Below, in pieces: positions 1-9,607 of a stretch of DNA of 51,745 nucleotides (the first letter of the stretch is position 1; the number at the start of each line of letters is the position of its first letter). This DNA comes from Alphaproteobacteria bacterium (GTDB lineage Bacteria > Pseudomonadota > Alphaproteobacteria > Paracaedibacterales > CAITNM01). Both the position numbers and the translations under genes were made by a program. The stretch covers positions 1 to 51,745 of the forward strand of contig CANJXJ010000001.1 in assembly GCA_947478955.1 (NCBI GenBank), given 5' to 3'. The notes beneath the pieces are model-generated. The model was not told where the DNA came from. It ran no database searches and saw nothing but the letters and a program-made list of their open reading frames with translations.

Positions 1-38
1 AGAACTAAAGGCGCTTAAAAATTAAGCAAATAAGGTGG

Positions 39-227
39 TTAATAACGAAAACAATTCGTTAAATGCCACTCTTTCTCTCTCAAATCCCCCGCGTATTCCT
101 CAAATAAACTAAAATCTTCCCCTAGTCTCAAATTTTGCAGAGGGTTCTCACTTGTTTGCGTGGAACCGTAAGACCCGGTTGATGCCAACAGTAAACATAG
201 GAATAATAAAAAAGAAAGTGGGTGCAT
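39..227 (-). CDS. Small hypothetical protein with a predicted signal peptide
   Basis: Within ORF 39..269. The ATG at 227 gives MHPLSFLLFLCLLLASTGSYGS, a hydrophobic leader. No recognisable domain. Confidence 0.35.
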   Translation of the reverse strand: MHPLSFLLFLCLLLASTGSYGSTQTSENPLQNLRLGEDFSLFEEYAGDLREKEWHLTNCFRY

Positions 228-320
228 TTTATAATTCTTTTGAATATTTATTGTATTACTTATATACAATATTTTTCTTTTAAATAAAAGAATATATTAT
301 CAATCATAGCTGAATTAGGA

Positions 321-755
321 TTAACCTTTATCCTGCATAGATTGCAGCAACCTTTTCATCCCGCGCTGCTTTGGTTTTTTTTTATCAGTGGGCGGCCTTG
401 TATTGCTGATTGAGGCCCCTATAACATTCCCCGCTGCATCGGTAACTTTAATATTTTTAATGTGGGCAATGTTCACGAATTTGTAATAAGTCCTGTAGCG
501 CTGGCCTTTTCGTGTATAAAATGTACGTTTTAGAGTGCCAGTGGGCGTTGTTACCTTTAAAAAAAATTTTGATTTGTCACAATTTTTTAGCTCAACAAAA
601 ATGTAAAATTGCTGATTTTTTATATCTTCCAAAGCAAGTTCATCAACAGGTTCATTATTCTGTATTTTGCTGGTTAAGCATAAACGCTCAAGGATCGGTG
701 CAGCTGAGGCTTCTGTTATAAAAAAACAAAACAGCAAGCTAAACAGTAAGCCCAT
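321..755 (-). CDS. Exported hypothetical protein, DUF2914-like
   Basis: Signal peptide ending ASA-A. The pattern CLTSKIQNNEPVD / FYIFVEL / RYRTYYK / IKVTDAAGNVIG resembles DUF2914 (by recall). Basic C-terminal tail. Confidence 0.5.
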   Translation of the reverse strand: MGLLFSLLFCFFITEASAAPILERLCLTSKIQNNEPVDELALEDIKNQQFYIFVELKNCDKSKFFLKVTTPTGTLKRTFYTRKGQRYRTYYKFVNIAHIKNIKVTDAAGNVIGASISNTRPPTDKKKPKQRGMKRLLQSMQDKG

Positions 756-830
756 TCTTTCTCCTTATATACACATTAATTGCTCAAACATTCAAAAAAG
801 CGATGATCAAGCCTCAAAGATTGTATAGGC

Positions 831-1472
831 CTATGTGGCAGGATACTCAAGTAGTTTTTTTACTAATTCGTTAACGGTGTTAAACCGAGCAAGTAAGGGA
901 CCATCATAGGCATCATTACCTATAGCAATGGCTGCCATATTTAGGTTCTGGGCAAACATCCAGTCAGTGATGCTATCACCTATGTACACAGCTTCATGAG
1001 GTTGTAAGCCAAAATGTTTCAAGGTCATTAATCCCATATCTGGATGAGGCTTATCTTGGGGTGAATCTCCTGACCCAAGAATAAAATCATAGGGTATGTT
1101 AAGCCGTTTAACTTCTTCACGAAGTAATTCACATTTTTTGTTACTGATGATAGCGATCAAATACCCAGATTTTTTTAACGCTTGTAAGGAAGAATGTGTT
1201 CCTTCATACAATCTTACATCATCTTTATTTTCAAAGATTGTTTGATAAAAAATGCCTCGGGCTTCTTCCCACTGTTCGCCAAATAGCTTTGGGAATCCTT
1301 CTCGGGTAGAAAGCTGCGCTCTAATTTTTATTTCTTCTAGTGTTGCTTCTGGCAGTCCAAAATGTTTCAGCGCTGCATTAGAAGCTTTGAAAATAATTGG
1401 CCAAGTATCAACAAGCGTGTTATCCCAATCGAAGAATATGGCTTTAAATGTGTGGTCTCTTAAATTTTTCAT
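831..1472 (-). CDS. HAD-superfamily hydrolase (phosphoglycolate phosphatase-like)
   Basis: Motifs FDWDNTLVD, SNK, KPHP and YIGDSITD. Overlaps the secretin stop. Confidence 0.9.
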   Translation of the reverse strand: MKNLRDHTFKAIFFDWDNTLVDTWPIIFKASNAALKHFGLPEATLEEIKIRAQLSTREGFPKLFGEQWEEARGIFYQTIFENKDDVRLYEGTHSSLQALKKSGYLIAIISNKKCELLREEVKRLNIPYDFILGSGDSPQDKPHPDMGLMTLKHFGLQPHEAVYIGDSITDWMFAQNLNMAAIAIGNDAYDGPLLARFNTVNELVKKLLEYPAT

Positions 1473-3088
1473 TTTAAGGGCCGTGGATCAGTGGTGTATT
1501 CATCCATTAAACGCTGATCCGCTCCATCAATTGCGGCACCATTATCCATAATTGTTGCCTTTAAGACAATCACTAATTCAACAATTGTATCACCTTCAGC
1601 TAAGCTACCGGTCAAATCACGCAATAGGGGTACGCCATCTAACCCCGGCATACCTTGCTTATGCTCAGAAGAGCGAACCTCCATTAACCCACCAAGTATG
1701 GCCATTTCTTTATTATTTAGTCTTAATACCGAATCAATTTCCCGCACTTCAACAACCGGAATAAGTGATGGGGTAGGGGATTTCAGTTTGCTTGGATCAG
1801 TGTTAGATGCGTAGTAAGCAATATCAATAGCGGGATCTGAAACTGTCTGGGTCAGCCTTGAAATACTGGGTCGTAAGAATAAGATAATTTCCCCGGTTTG
1901 CGGATCAATCGATGGTTGCACCATCATAATTAAACCAATGGGCACCGTTTGAATATCGCTAGAAACAGTCGTGCTTTCGCGACTATTTTGTGAATTATAC
2001 ATTTTGTCGTAGTTAAGTTTGAAATAGACCTTATTTTGAGCAACTTTTAAAATAGCAGCTTGGTTATTCATCACGGTAAGGCGCGGGCTTGAAAGGGTTC
2101 GCACAAATCCAAATTCCTGCAATGCATTTGCGATGGCAGAAAACTTAGAGCCATCTGCTCCAAAGCTAACCATATTACCCTGGGAGGTGGTTGGATCCAA
2201 AAAGGCGCTTTTTTTGGCCATGTCACCAAATCGTGCTGCAATATTTAAATCACCTTTTGTGCCAACTGTTTGCCAATTGATGCCGCTGCGATATTCATCT
2301 TTTAAGGTGACTTCAATAATTTTAGCTTCTATTAGAACTTGGCTACAGGCGACATGGCGTAATCGCTCTAGGTATGTTTGCACTTGCTGATGTTGTTTGC
2401 GGTTTGCTCGTAGCGACACAAGCCCTGCCTGGCGATGAATCGAATAGGAACATTTTTCAGTCCCTGACTCAACAATTGACTTTAAGTTTTGCTCCAGTTC
2501 ATCCCAAAAATCATTTTTAGCGGTAGCCTTTAAAGCACTTTTAGAAACGTTATCACCTATGTTGCTTTTTGCAGGGCCAACACTTGAAAACACATCAGAC
2601 GCCACCGCTAGTTGGTTTTCACTTGTTCGAGATAAGTTTAAAAACTGAACGTTATAACTTTGAGAATAAGGGGTGTCCCGTTCTATGCGAATAGCTGTAT
2701 CGATAACGTCGTATCGTAAATTTGCCATTTCACACATCGACTTTATAACTTCAATAAATGGGCGATTTTTAGCGGTAAAAATAATTTTAGAATCAATTGT
2801 ATGATCTAGCTGTAAATCAACACCCGCTTGACGAGCCAGTTCCATAAATACATTTTTTAAGGAAATGCTCTCAGAGACTGAAATAGAAACAGGTTGATAC
2901 ATTATTTTAGGCAGTGCCGGCGCTTCTTTTTTTTGCAGAATTTTTTTAACTAAGGGAGGTGGTACAGAATCAGCTGGTTGCGCTAGTTCTTTTGCCTCTG
3001 CTTTGTCAACTTTTGGCATAAGCGGTTCATGATCAACTAATTCTCTGCAGCCAACTAATAGGAAGAATAATAAAAGAAATGTTGGCAA
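1469..3088 (-). CDS. Lipoprotein secretin, MshL-like (type II secretion / type IV pilus family)
   Basis: TTG start, lipobox LLVGC, STN-like N-terminal domain, and secretin motifs QVLIEAKIIEV, LSSPRLTVMNNQ and ILGGLM...PGLDGVPLL. Confidence 0.9.
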   Translation of the reverse strand: MPTFLLLFFLLVGCRELVDHEPLMPKVDKAEAKELAQPADSVPPPLVKKILQKKEAPALPKIMYQPVSISVSESISLKNVFMELARQAGVDLQLDHTIDSKIIFTAKNRPFIEVIKSMCEMANLRYDVIDTAIRIERDTPYSQSYNVQFLNLSRTSENQLAVASDVFSSVGPAKSNIGDNVSKSALKATAKNDFWDELEQNLKSIVESGTEKCSYSIHRQAGLVSLRANRKQHQQVQTYLERLRHVACSQVLIEAKIIEVTLKDEYRSGINWQTVGTKGDLNIAARFGDMAKKSAFLDPTTSQGNMVSFGADGSKFSAIANALQEFGFVRTLSSPRLTVMNNQAAILKVAQNKVYFKLNYDKMYNSQNSRESTTVSSDIQTVPIGLIMMVQPSIDPQTGEIILFLRPSISRLTQTVSDPAIDIAYYASNTDPSKLKSPTPSLIPVVEVREIDSVLRLNNKEMAILGGLMEVRSSEHKQGMPGLDGVPLLRDLTGSLAEGDTIVELVIVLKATIMDNGAAIDGADQRLMDEYTTDPRPLK

Positions 3089-3228
3089 CGTGTGTATCCA
3101 GTTTAAACTCTACTCATTAAGTGAAGCAAAACTCTTAATGCTTGGCTAGAGAGTCTCGGTAATGAGTTTTAAAAATAAAAATCTATCCATTAAACGTTAT
3201 AACTACTTACCATAGCGCTACATAAACA

Positions 3229-3257
3229 TTGCTTGAACAAAGAGTTTTTTGTAGACT
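3229..3257 (+). promoter_or_regulatory. Putative sigma70 promoter of prfA
   Basis: TTGCTT-N17-TAGACT ending 27 nt upstream of the ATG. Confidence 0.45.
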
Positions 3258-3284
3258 ACGCCTACGTATATTTTAGAGAGCTTT

Positions 3285-4364
3285 ATGTCATTCGAGGTTA
3301 AATTAGACCGGTTAGTAACCCACCATCAGGAGTTGCAAGACCAGTTGGCATGCCATGACATGAAGGATACAAAAGATTTTGCGCGTCTTTCCAAGGAATA
3401 CAGTGATCTAACTGAGATAGCCGGTGTTGTTTTACAATTGCGTAAAAAACAACAAGAGAAGCTAGATTTAGAAGCGCTGCTTAGTGATAGCTCATTAGAT
3501 GCTGACATGAAAGCCATGGCTCAGCTTGATTACGATTCATTATTTAATGAATTGCCGGAACTTGAACAAAAGATAAAAGTCTTGTTGCTGCCTAAAGATG
3601 CTGATGATGAGCGTAACGCTATTTTGGAAATTCGGGCTGGTGCTGGCGGTGATGAAGCTGGTTTATTTGCGGCGACTTTATTTCGTATGTACCAACGCTA
3701 CGCAGCAAATCAAGGCTGGAAATTTGAAATTATTGCCATGAGCGATACTGGCCTTGGGGCCATTCGTGAAGCAAGCGCCACTATTGCCGGTAAAGGCGTG
3801 TTTGCTCGGTTGAAATTTGAATCGGGTGTGCACCGGGTGCAACGGGTTCCAGAAACAGAATCAAGCGGTCGTGTGCATACATCAACGGCAACGGTAGCCG
3901 TTCTTCCAGAAGTGGAAGAGGTTGATATTCAAATTGATGAAAAAGACCTACAGATTGATGTATACAGGGCTTCAGGTGCCGGTGGTCAGCACGTTAACAC
4001 AACTGACAGCGCAGTACGTATAACCCACATTCCAACAGGAGTCATTGTTACTTGCCAAGATGAACGTTCCCAACATAAAAATAAAGCAAAAGCCATGAAA
4101 ATTTTGCGCGCGAGAATCTATGAAGCAGAACGTCAGCGCAAAGATGATGAGCGGTCCGCAAGCCGTAAAGGCCAGGTGGGAACAGGTGATAGGTCTGAAC
4201 GTATTCGTACTTATAACTTCCCCCAAGGACGAGTTAGCGATCACCGGATTAACTTAACCCTTTATAAAATTATGCAAATTGTTGAAGGTGAAGCATTAGA
4301 TGAATTAATTGATCCACTAATTTCTAATGACCAAGCAACTCGATTATCTGAAGCAATTGATTAA
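3285..4364 (+). CDS. prfA: Peptide chain release factor 1
   Basis: GGQ motif (GAGGQHVN), PET tripeptide (RVPETE) and [10 protein letters not shown]. Confidence 0.98.
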   Translation: MSFEVKLDRLVTHHQELQDQLACHDMKDTKDFARLSKEYSDLTEIAGVVLQLRKKQQEKLDLEALLSDSSLDADMKAMAQLDYDSLFNELPELEQKIKVLLLPKDADDERNAILEIRAGAGGDEAGLFAATLFRMYQRYAANQGWKFEIIAMSDTGLGAIREASATIAGKGVFARLKFESGVHRVQRVPETESSGRVHTSTATVAVLPEVEEVDIQIDEKDLQIDVYRASGAGGQHVNTTDSAVRITHIPTGVIVTCQDERSQHKNKAKAMKILRARIYEAERQRKDDERSASRKGQVGTGDRSERIRTYNFPQGRVSDHRINLTLYKIMQIVEGEALDELIDPLISNDQATRLSEAID

Positions 4365-4376
4365 ACGGAGGACACT

Positions 4377-5123
4377 ATGGCAGGACATTCCCAATTTAAA
4401 AATATTATGTACAGAAAAGGCGCGCAAGATGCTAAGCGTGCTAAAATGTTTGCAAAAATTGCACGAGAAATTATAGTTTCTGTAAAGTCAGGGGGGGCTG
4501 AAGCTTCTTCAAACCCAAGACTTCGTGCAGCCTTGGCTTCTGCCCGTGGCGCTAACATGCCGCGTGATAACATTGACAGAGCTATTAAAAAAGCTAGCGG
4601 TGGTGATGATTTAAGTAACTATGAAGAAGTGCGCTATGAAGGTTATTGCATAGCTGGAGTGGCGGTTATTGTTGAAGCGCTTACGGATAACCGCAACCGT
4701 ACGGCTTCGGAAGTGCGCTCTACTTTAAGCAAAAATGGTGGAAATTTAGGGGAAACCGGAAGCGTTGGTTTTTGTTTTGAGCGTTTAGGCATGCTGCATT
4801 TTGACGCCTCAAAATTTGGCTTTGATAAAGTGTTTGAAGCAGCGGTTAATGCAGGTGCTGATAACGTGGAAACGATTGATGACATTAATGAGGTTACTTG
4901 TCCCATGGAAGACTTTGCAGCGGTGCGTGATGCGCTAATTGGGACCTTAGGTGATCCAAGGGAAGCAAAAATTATGTGGAGGCCATTAAACACAATTGTA
5001 GTTAATGAAGATCAAGCTAAAACCCTATTTAAAACAATAGATACTCTAGAAGATAGTGACGACATACAAAACGTTTACACGAACGTTGAGATACCGGAAG
5101 ACATCTTAAAAAAATTGGAGTAG
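4377..5123 (+). CDS. yebC: YebC/PmpR family protein
   Basis: MAGHSQFKNI, YEGY and TDNRNRT motifs. SD GGAGG upstream. Confidence 0.97.
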   Translation: MAGHSQFKNIMYRKGAQDAKRAKMFAKIAREIIVSVKSGGAEASSNPRLRAALASARGANMPRDNIDRAIKKASGGDDLSNYEEVRYEGYCIAGVAVIVEALTDNRNRTASEVRSTLSKNGGNLGETGSVGFCFERLGMLHFDASKFGFDKVFEAAVNAGADNVETIDDINEVTCPMEDFAAVRDALIGTLGDPREAKIMWRPLNTIVVNEDQAKTLFKTIDTLEDSDDIQNVYTNVEIPEDILKKLE

Positions 5124-5300
5124 CCTTTTTTGTGGAAGTTTTCCCTTTAGAATTTTCCCTGGCAGGAGTTTGGGGTTTTTAAAGGCCTAATTATTGAGGT
5201 TTTTCATGAACTCTACGCTCTTTAGTTTTAAATTCTTAAAAAAATACTCGTTGTAACAGCCATTGGTATTTTGCCTAGTCAAATGGCATTGTTTTGTGGT
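5082..5300 (+). repeat. Direct repeat copy 1 (yebC 3' end + intergenic + signal-peptide coding region)
   Basis: CCGGAAGACATCTTAAAAAAATTrGAGTAGCCTTTTT ... CTAATTATTGAGGTTTTTCATGAA ... TGGCATTrTTTTGTGGT, shared with 5962..6153. Confidence 0.9.
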
Positions 5301-5879
5301 GGGCCTGTTGCTTTAGCTACTTTACCAGTTAATAGTGTTAATCTTCTTCCTCCACGTGTAAAAAGAAGCTCAAGTTGCCCAAGTTCTAATGAGTTCACTA
5401 TCACTACTGTAACCAAAAGACGTACACATTTTGAAGCTCCTGCTGCAGGATTGGCGGGGGGAAGTACACCGGTGCATAAACCAGCTGCAGCAGGAGAAGT
5501 TATCAAGCCTGCATTGGCACACTTAGGTTCAACAAAACTTCTCGGCGAACCTTCTCTGCCAGCGGCACCTGCAACAGTAGCGCAAGTTAGTGGTCAAATT
5601 TCCCCTGGGCCTTCTAGTGCTGCACTTGCTACTCTAGAATTAAGGGGCACTGTAATGTCAGATGCGTTGTGTGGAAAGCCAGCTCCAGCAGAAGTTAGGA
5701 TTCCTTTCGAACCTTCTAGTGCTTCTGAACGAAGAGCGCGAATAGCATACAGTTTAGCCGGTAATCCGTGGGCAGCTAAAATGGTACTTTCTCTCGCTGA
5801 GCACAAAGTGATAGAAGTAGTGCGTACTAGTGCTACAGGACCTTTTTCTAGCTCACCCTCATGCGTAGAGCTTGCCTAG
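5206..5879 (+). pseudogene. Secreted Pro/Ala/Ser-rich orphan, paralog 1; frameshifted at the A7 tract (pseudogene or phase-off allele)
   Basis: The ATG at 5206 after GAGG hits TAA after 16 codons. Adding one A at 5238..5244 fuses it to ORF 5271..5879, giving MNSTLFSFKFLKKILVVTAIGILPSQMALFCG..., which matches the leader of paralog 2. Confidence 0.7.
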
Positions 5880-5890
5880 CTTCGTTTAAC

Positions 5891-5938
5891 AAAATTAGCT
5901 ACCTGCATTGACAGAAACTAATTGTCGGTAGCTATTTT
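5891..5938 (+). terminator. Hairpin after paralog 1, possible terminator
   Basis: AAAATTAGCTACC...GACA/TGTC...GGTAGCTATTTT inverted repeat just after the stop. Confidence 0.45.
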
Positions 5939-5961
5939 GACCTAGCTAAATTTTTATCCGT

Positions 5962-6153
5962 AACGTAAAAAATTCCGGAAGACATCTTAAAAAAATTAGA
6001 GTAGCCTTTTTGGTGGAGGTTGCTTCTTTAAAATTTTTCCTGCTGAATGTGGGGTTTTTAGAGGTCTAATTATTGAGGTTTTTCATGAATTCTAAGTTAC
6101 TAAAAAAAACATTAGTAATTGTTGCCCTTAGCCAATTGGCATTATTTTGTGGT
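5962..6153 (+). repeat. Direct repeat copy 2, including a relic of the last ~12 codons of yebC
   Basis: ATTCCGGAAGACATCTTAAAAAAATTAGAGTAG encodes IPEDILKKLE*, identical to the YebC C-terminus. Confidence 0.9.
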
Positions 6154-6598
6154 GATGATTTTTTTGATAGTGCGTCGGTACGATCACCTATCTTGACTAA
6201 TGGTACATCGTCTATAGTGCAACCATCTCTAATTGCCATGGATACTAATCCAGATTCAGATGTGGCGCCTGCAGCTGCCTTACCAAGAGCACTCAAGCCT
6301 TTGCAAATTAGGCGAAGCGTTTCAGAGGGCGGCTTGCCCTCGACAGACAAGCCAAAAATATTAACTCTGGATTTATCCAGTGGAGCGAGAGAAGCGGCAA
6401 TAGAGATGTGTATCTCCTACATCGACAGCACTTTTGGCTATAAGAAACATATTATTAGCGCAGTATCCAGGGGTAGCTTTTTATATGCTTGCACCACCAG
6501 TTCAAAGACATATTTTAGATGTGTTTCACACCCTTTCCGGTGCAACAAGTGCAGCTCGTTTTGGGGGAATAATAGATAAGTGTAAAGAGATCGCATAG
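6085..6598 (+). pseudogene. Secreted orphan, paralog 2; probable frameshift near 6402-6440
   Basis: ATG at 6085 after GAGG gives MNSKLLKKTLVIVALSQLALFCG. The in-frame stop is at 6579, but the +1 frame 6404..6598 encodes a C-terminus resembling paralog 1 (LAQYPGVAFYML ... CKEIA* vs LAGNPWAAKMVL ... CVELA*). Confidence 0.6.
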
Positions 6599-6609
6599 AC
6601 TGTGCTGCT

Positions 6610-7758
6610 TTACGGTGTCCTTTTATAAACAGGTACAAGCACGACTAATAAAATCAGCCACCAGCTTTGCCAAATACTAATGCCCGTTGCCGCCACGCAA
6701 AGGGCACTTCCCCAAAAAGCTATTGTATAGCTGGTAGATTTTGCGTAATAGTTATGCCAATAAACAATCCACATTATGCAGGCAAGCGCCACCCCAATAG
6801 CTCCCAGCTCAAGCCATAACTGCAACATAAAATTATGAGGATGCAAGCACATTTCAGGGGAGCTTAAGACTATCTTTTCAGACCCGTTTAAAATGATGAT
6901 GTCGTCGCCGTTAACGACAAGAAAACGATAACGAGAGCTTCCAAAGCCAAACCCAGTCCAAAAACGTTCAAAAAGTTGTTTCGTGACTGAATGCCAAATG
7001 AAGAGTCGGTGGGTGTAGCTAGGATCAAGTGTAGCTGACCACTGTATGTATTGCTCAGGAGATAGGATTCGAAAAATAAAGGGCAATATTCCCCAAACAA
7101 CTGGCATCCCATAGATAAACATGACCCTTAAAAACCTAGGTAGCGCTTTATGCATAATTAAAGTTCCTGATCCTAAAAGGATACCTAGTGCTGCAGCGTC
7201 ACTTGAACAACGTCGCATAATCAAAAAGAGTAATATGAGAATGCCGGCTTGTACCCATTTTTTGAAATGGTGCAGACTCATCCAAATGGCTAGACCGCAA
7301 GCTACGCAGCCGTGAATTAATGCTTGAGATACTTGCTGATCAATTACAGTGTGCAGTTGCCAACCATATTCAAGGCTAATTGCAAAAATCCCTAGACACA
7401 TTGCGAGTAATAAACCAGCTGTTGATACGGTATGTTGAAACTGTTGGCGTAGATGAGGGTTAAAATTATTATATCGGTTCAACCACAACCAGCCACCTAG
7501 CATCACTGCCGTAACCTTGGCGTACATATATAAGGCTTTAGGTGGGTCCACTGCCCAGAGTGTGCTAATGGCACACCAGGCGATGAATAGTATCAGTAGG
7601 GGATTTGTTATGTTATATAAATCTTGTTTCCTAAATTGGAAAAGGCAGACCCCAGCCAAACCTACAAAAGGATAGATGTTTCCATGGGGCAGCGGTAAGC
7701 ATAAAAAAACTACAAGAAAAACCAGGATTTTATAAGGCCAATAATTTTGAGAATGCAT
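6610..7758 (-). CDS. O-antigen ligase (WaaL/Wzy_C) family membrane protein
   Basis: Multi-pass hydrophobic protein with RLFIW, GFGFG and HPHNFMLQLWLELGAIG motifs. Confidence 0.85.
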   Translation of the reverse strand: MHSQNYWPYKILVFLVVFLCLPLPHGNIYPFVGLAGVCLFQFRKQDLYNITNPLLILFIAWCAISTLWAVDPPKALYMYAKVTAVMLGGWLWLNRYNNFNPHLRQQFQHTVSTAGLLLAMCLGIFAISLEYGWQLHTVIDQQVSQALIHGCVACGLAIWMSLHHFKKWVQAGILILLFLIMRRCSSDAAALGILLGSGTLIMHKALPRFLRVMFIYGMPVVWGILPFIFRILSPEQYIQWSATLDPSYTHRLFIWHSVTKQLFERFWTGFGFGSSRYRFLVVNGDDIIILNGSEKIVLSSPEMCLHPHNFMLQLWLELGAIGVALACIMWIVYWHNYYAKSTSYTIAFWGSALCVAATGISIWQSWWLILLVVLVPVYKRTP

Positions 7759-7828
7759 AATATAACAATGTGTGATTGCGAATGATGTGAAAACTTGATA
7801 CGTTTAGCAAAAGTATGACTCTACATTT

Positions 7829-9586
7829 ATGGCAGAAAAGCAAACCTTGCAAAAGCCCCTAGCAACAAGATTAGTTCACGAACACCTTGCACCCTACAAA
7901 TACCGCTTTGGACAGGCGTGTTTCTTTATGTTGTTAACCGCAGCTTCAACTGCCGCATTACCATTTTTATTGAAGCCAGTTATGGATGATGTTTTTACCA
8001 GCAGTGACCCAAAGCTACTTTTTACCTTTTGTGGGGCAGTGCTTGCGGCTTTTGTGATCAAAGGTTTTGCATCCTATGGCGAAACTGTCACCATGACCCG
8101 TATTGGCCAAAGCATTATTTCAGATATTCAAAATCGAGTGCTCGCCCACATGATGAGCCTTGATTTGGAATATTTTCACAAACGCAATAGTGGTGAATTG
8201 TTATCGCGTTTTACCAATGATGTCTCGCTGATGCGCAATAGCGTTGCCAACACGGTTATTGGTATTGGGCGTGATAGTTTTACCCTTGTATTCTTGGTTG
8301 CAGTCATGTTTTATCAAGACTGGCTTTTAGCATGTCTGTCGTTCTTTATTTTTCCTGCAGCATTTTTACCAATTATTCGTATTGGTCGTCGTATGCGCAA
8401 AGTTACCTTTAATGCTCAAGAAGAAATTGCCCGCTTTACCAAGCAGCTAACCCAAATTTTTCAAGGTATTCGTGTAATTAAAGCCTACTCAACGGAAAAT
8501 TATGAAGCAAATCGCGCTAAAGTACAGATTGAAAAAATCTACAAGCTTGTGGTTAAAACCTCTCGGGTTAGATCTCTGAGCCATCCCATTATTGAGAGCA
8601 TGGGTGGAATTGCGATTATTTCTGTAATTGCATATGGTGGCTGGCAAGTGATGCACCACAGCCGTACGATCGGTGAATTTATGTCATTTATCGCGGCACT
8701 TATTCTAGCTTATGAACCGTTGAAACGCTTAAGCAACCTTAATGCTAACCTTCAAGAAGGGTTAGCGGCTGCAGATCGGGTGTTTGAAATCATTGATGCT
8801 AAGAGTACCATACTTTCACCAGTTGAACCCAAGCGCCCCGCCAAAGTACAAGGACGCATCGAATACAAAGATGTACATTTTGCTTATGGTCCTAAGAAAA
8901 AAGCCTTGGATGGGATTAGCTTTGTTGCGCAAGCTGGTAAGTGCATAGCCCTTGTTGGGGCCAGTGGGGCAGGGAAGTCAACCATTATCAACCTTATTCC
9001 CCGGTTTTATGATGTTAATGCCGCTGAAATCATTGTGGATGATGTGAATGTAAAAGACTGGGAAATTAGTTACTTAAGAAAGCAAATCGCTTTGGTAAGC
9101 CAAGAAATTGCACTGTTTGATTTAAGCGTGTTTGAAAACATAACCTATGGTTGTGAAGATTTTTTAAATGAGGATGTTTACAGTGTAGCCAAATCAGCAG
9201 CAGCACATGATTTTATTGAGAAGCTTCCCCAAGGCTACAATACAATTGTGGGTGAGAATGGGGTTAGCCTTTCAGGTGGGCAGCGGCAACGGTTAGCTAT
9301 TGCGCGCGCCATGTTAAAAAAAGCGCCAATTTTACTGCTTGATGAAGCAACCTCTGCCCTTGATACAGATTCCGAAAGACATATTCAATCTGCTTTGAAA
9401 AAGCTTATGGTGGGGCGCACAACTATCATGGTGGCTCATCGTTTATCAACGGTTATTGATGCTGACCATATTTATGTTTTAGACAATGGCAAAATTATTG
9501 AGTCAGGATCGCATCAAGAACTGTTGCAATTAGGCAAACAGTATGCTCACCTATGGCATAGACAAGCGCAAGGCTTGGAGTCGTAA
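7829..9586 (+). CDS. msbA: Lipid A export ABC transporter
   Basis: Six-TM exporter domain plus Walker A GASGAGKST, LSGGQRQR, LLLDEATSALD and AHRLST. Confidence 0.85.
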   Translation: MAEKQTLQKPLATRLVHEHLAPYKYRFGQACFFMLLTAASTAALPFLLKPVMDDVFTSSDPKLLFTFCGAVLAAFVIKGFASYGETVTMTRIGQSIISDIQNRVLAHMMSLDLEYFHKRNSGELLSRFTNDVSLMRNSVANTVIGIGRDSFTLVFLVAVMFYQDWLLACLSFFIFPAAFLPIIRIGRRMRKVTFNAQEEIARFTKQLTQIFQGIRVIKAYSTENYEANRAKVQIEKIYKLVVKTSRVRSLSHPIIESMGGIAIISVIAYGGWQVMHHSRTIGEFMSFIAALILAYEPLKRLSNLNANLQEGLAAADRVFEIIDAKSTILSPVEPKRPAKVQGRIEYKDVHFAYGPKKKALDGISFVAQAGKCIALVGASGAGKSTIINLIPRFYDVNAAEIIVDDVNVKDWEISYLRKQIALVSQEIALFDLSVFENITYGCEDFLNEDVYSVAKSAAAHDFIEKLPQGYNTIVGENGVSLSGGQRQRLAIARAMLKKAPILLLDEATSALDTDSERHIQSALKKLMVGRTTIMVAHRLSTVIDADHIYVLDNGKIIESGSHQELLQLGKQYAHLWHRQAQGLES

Positions 9587-9607
9587 AACTATAAAAAGGA
9601 GAACATT

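Noticed and set aside
5280-5300. ALFCG as a lipobox
   Set aside because: Phe at -1 violates the [LVI][ASTVI][GAS]C consensus, so lipidation cannot be claimed.
5862-5879. C-terminal CVELA / CKEIA as a CaaX prenylation motif
   Set aside because: The Cys is fifth from the end and charged residues follow it, so this is not a canonical CaaX.
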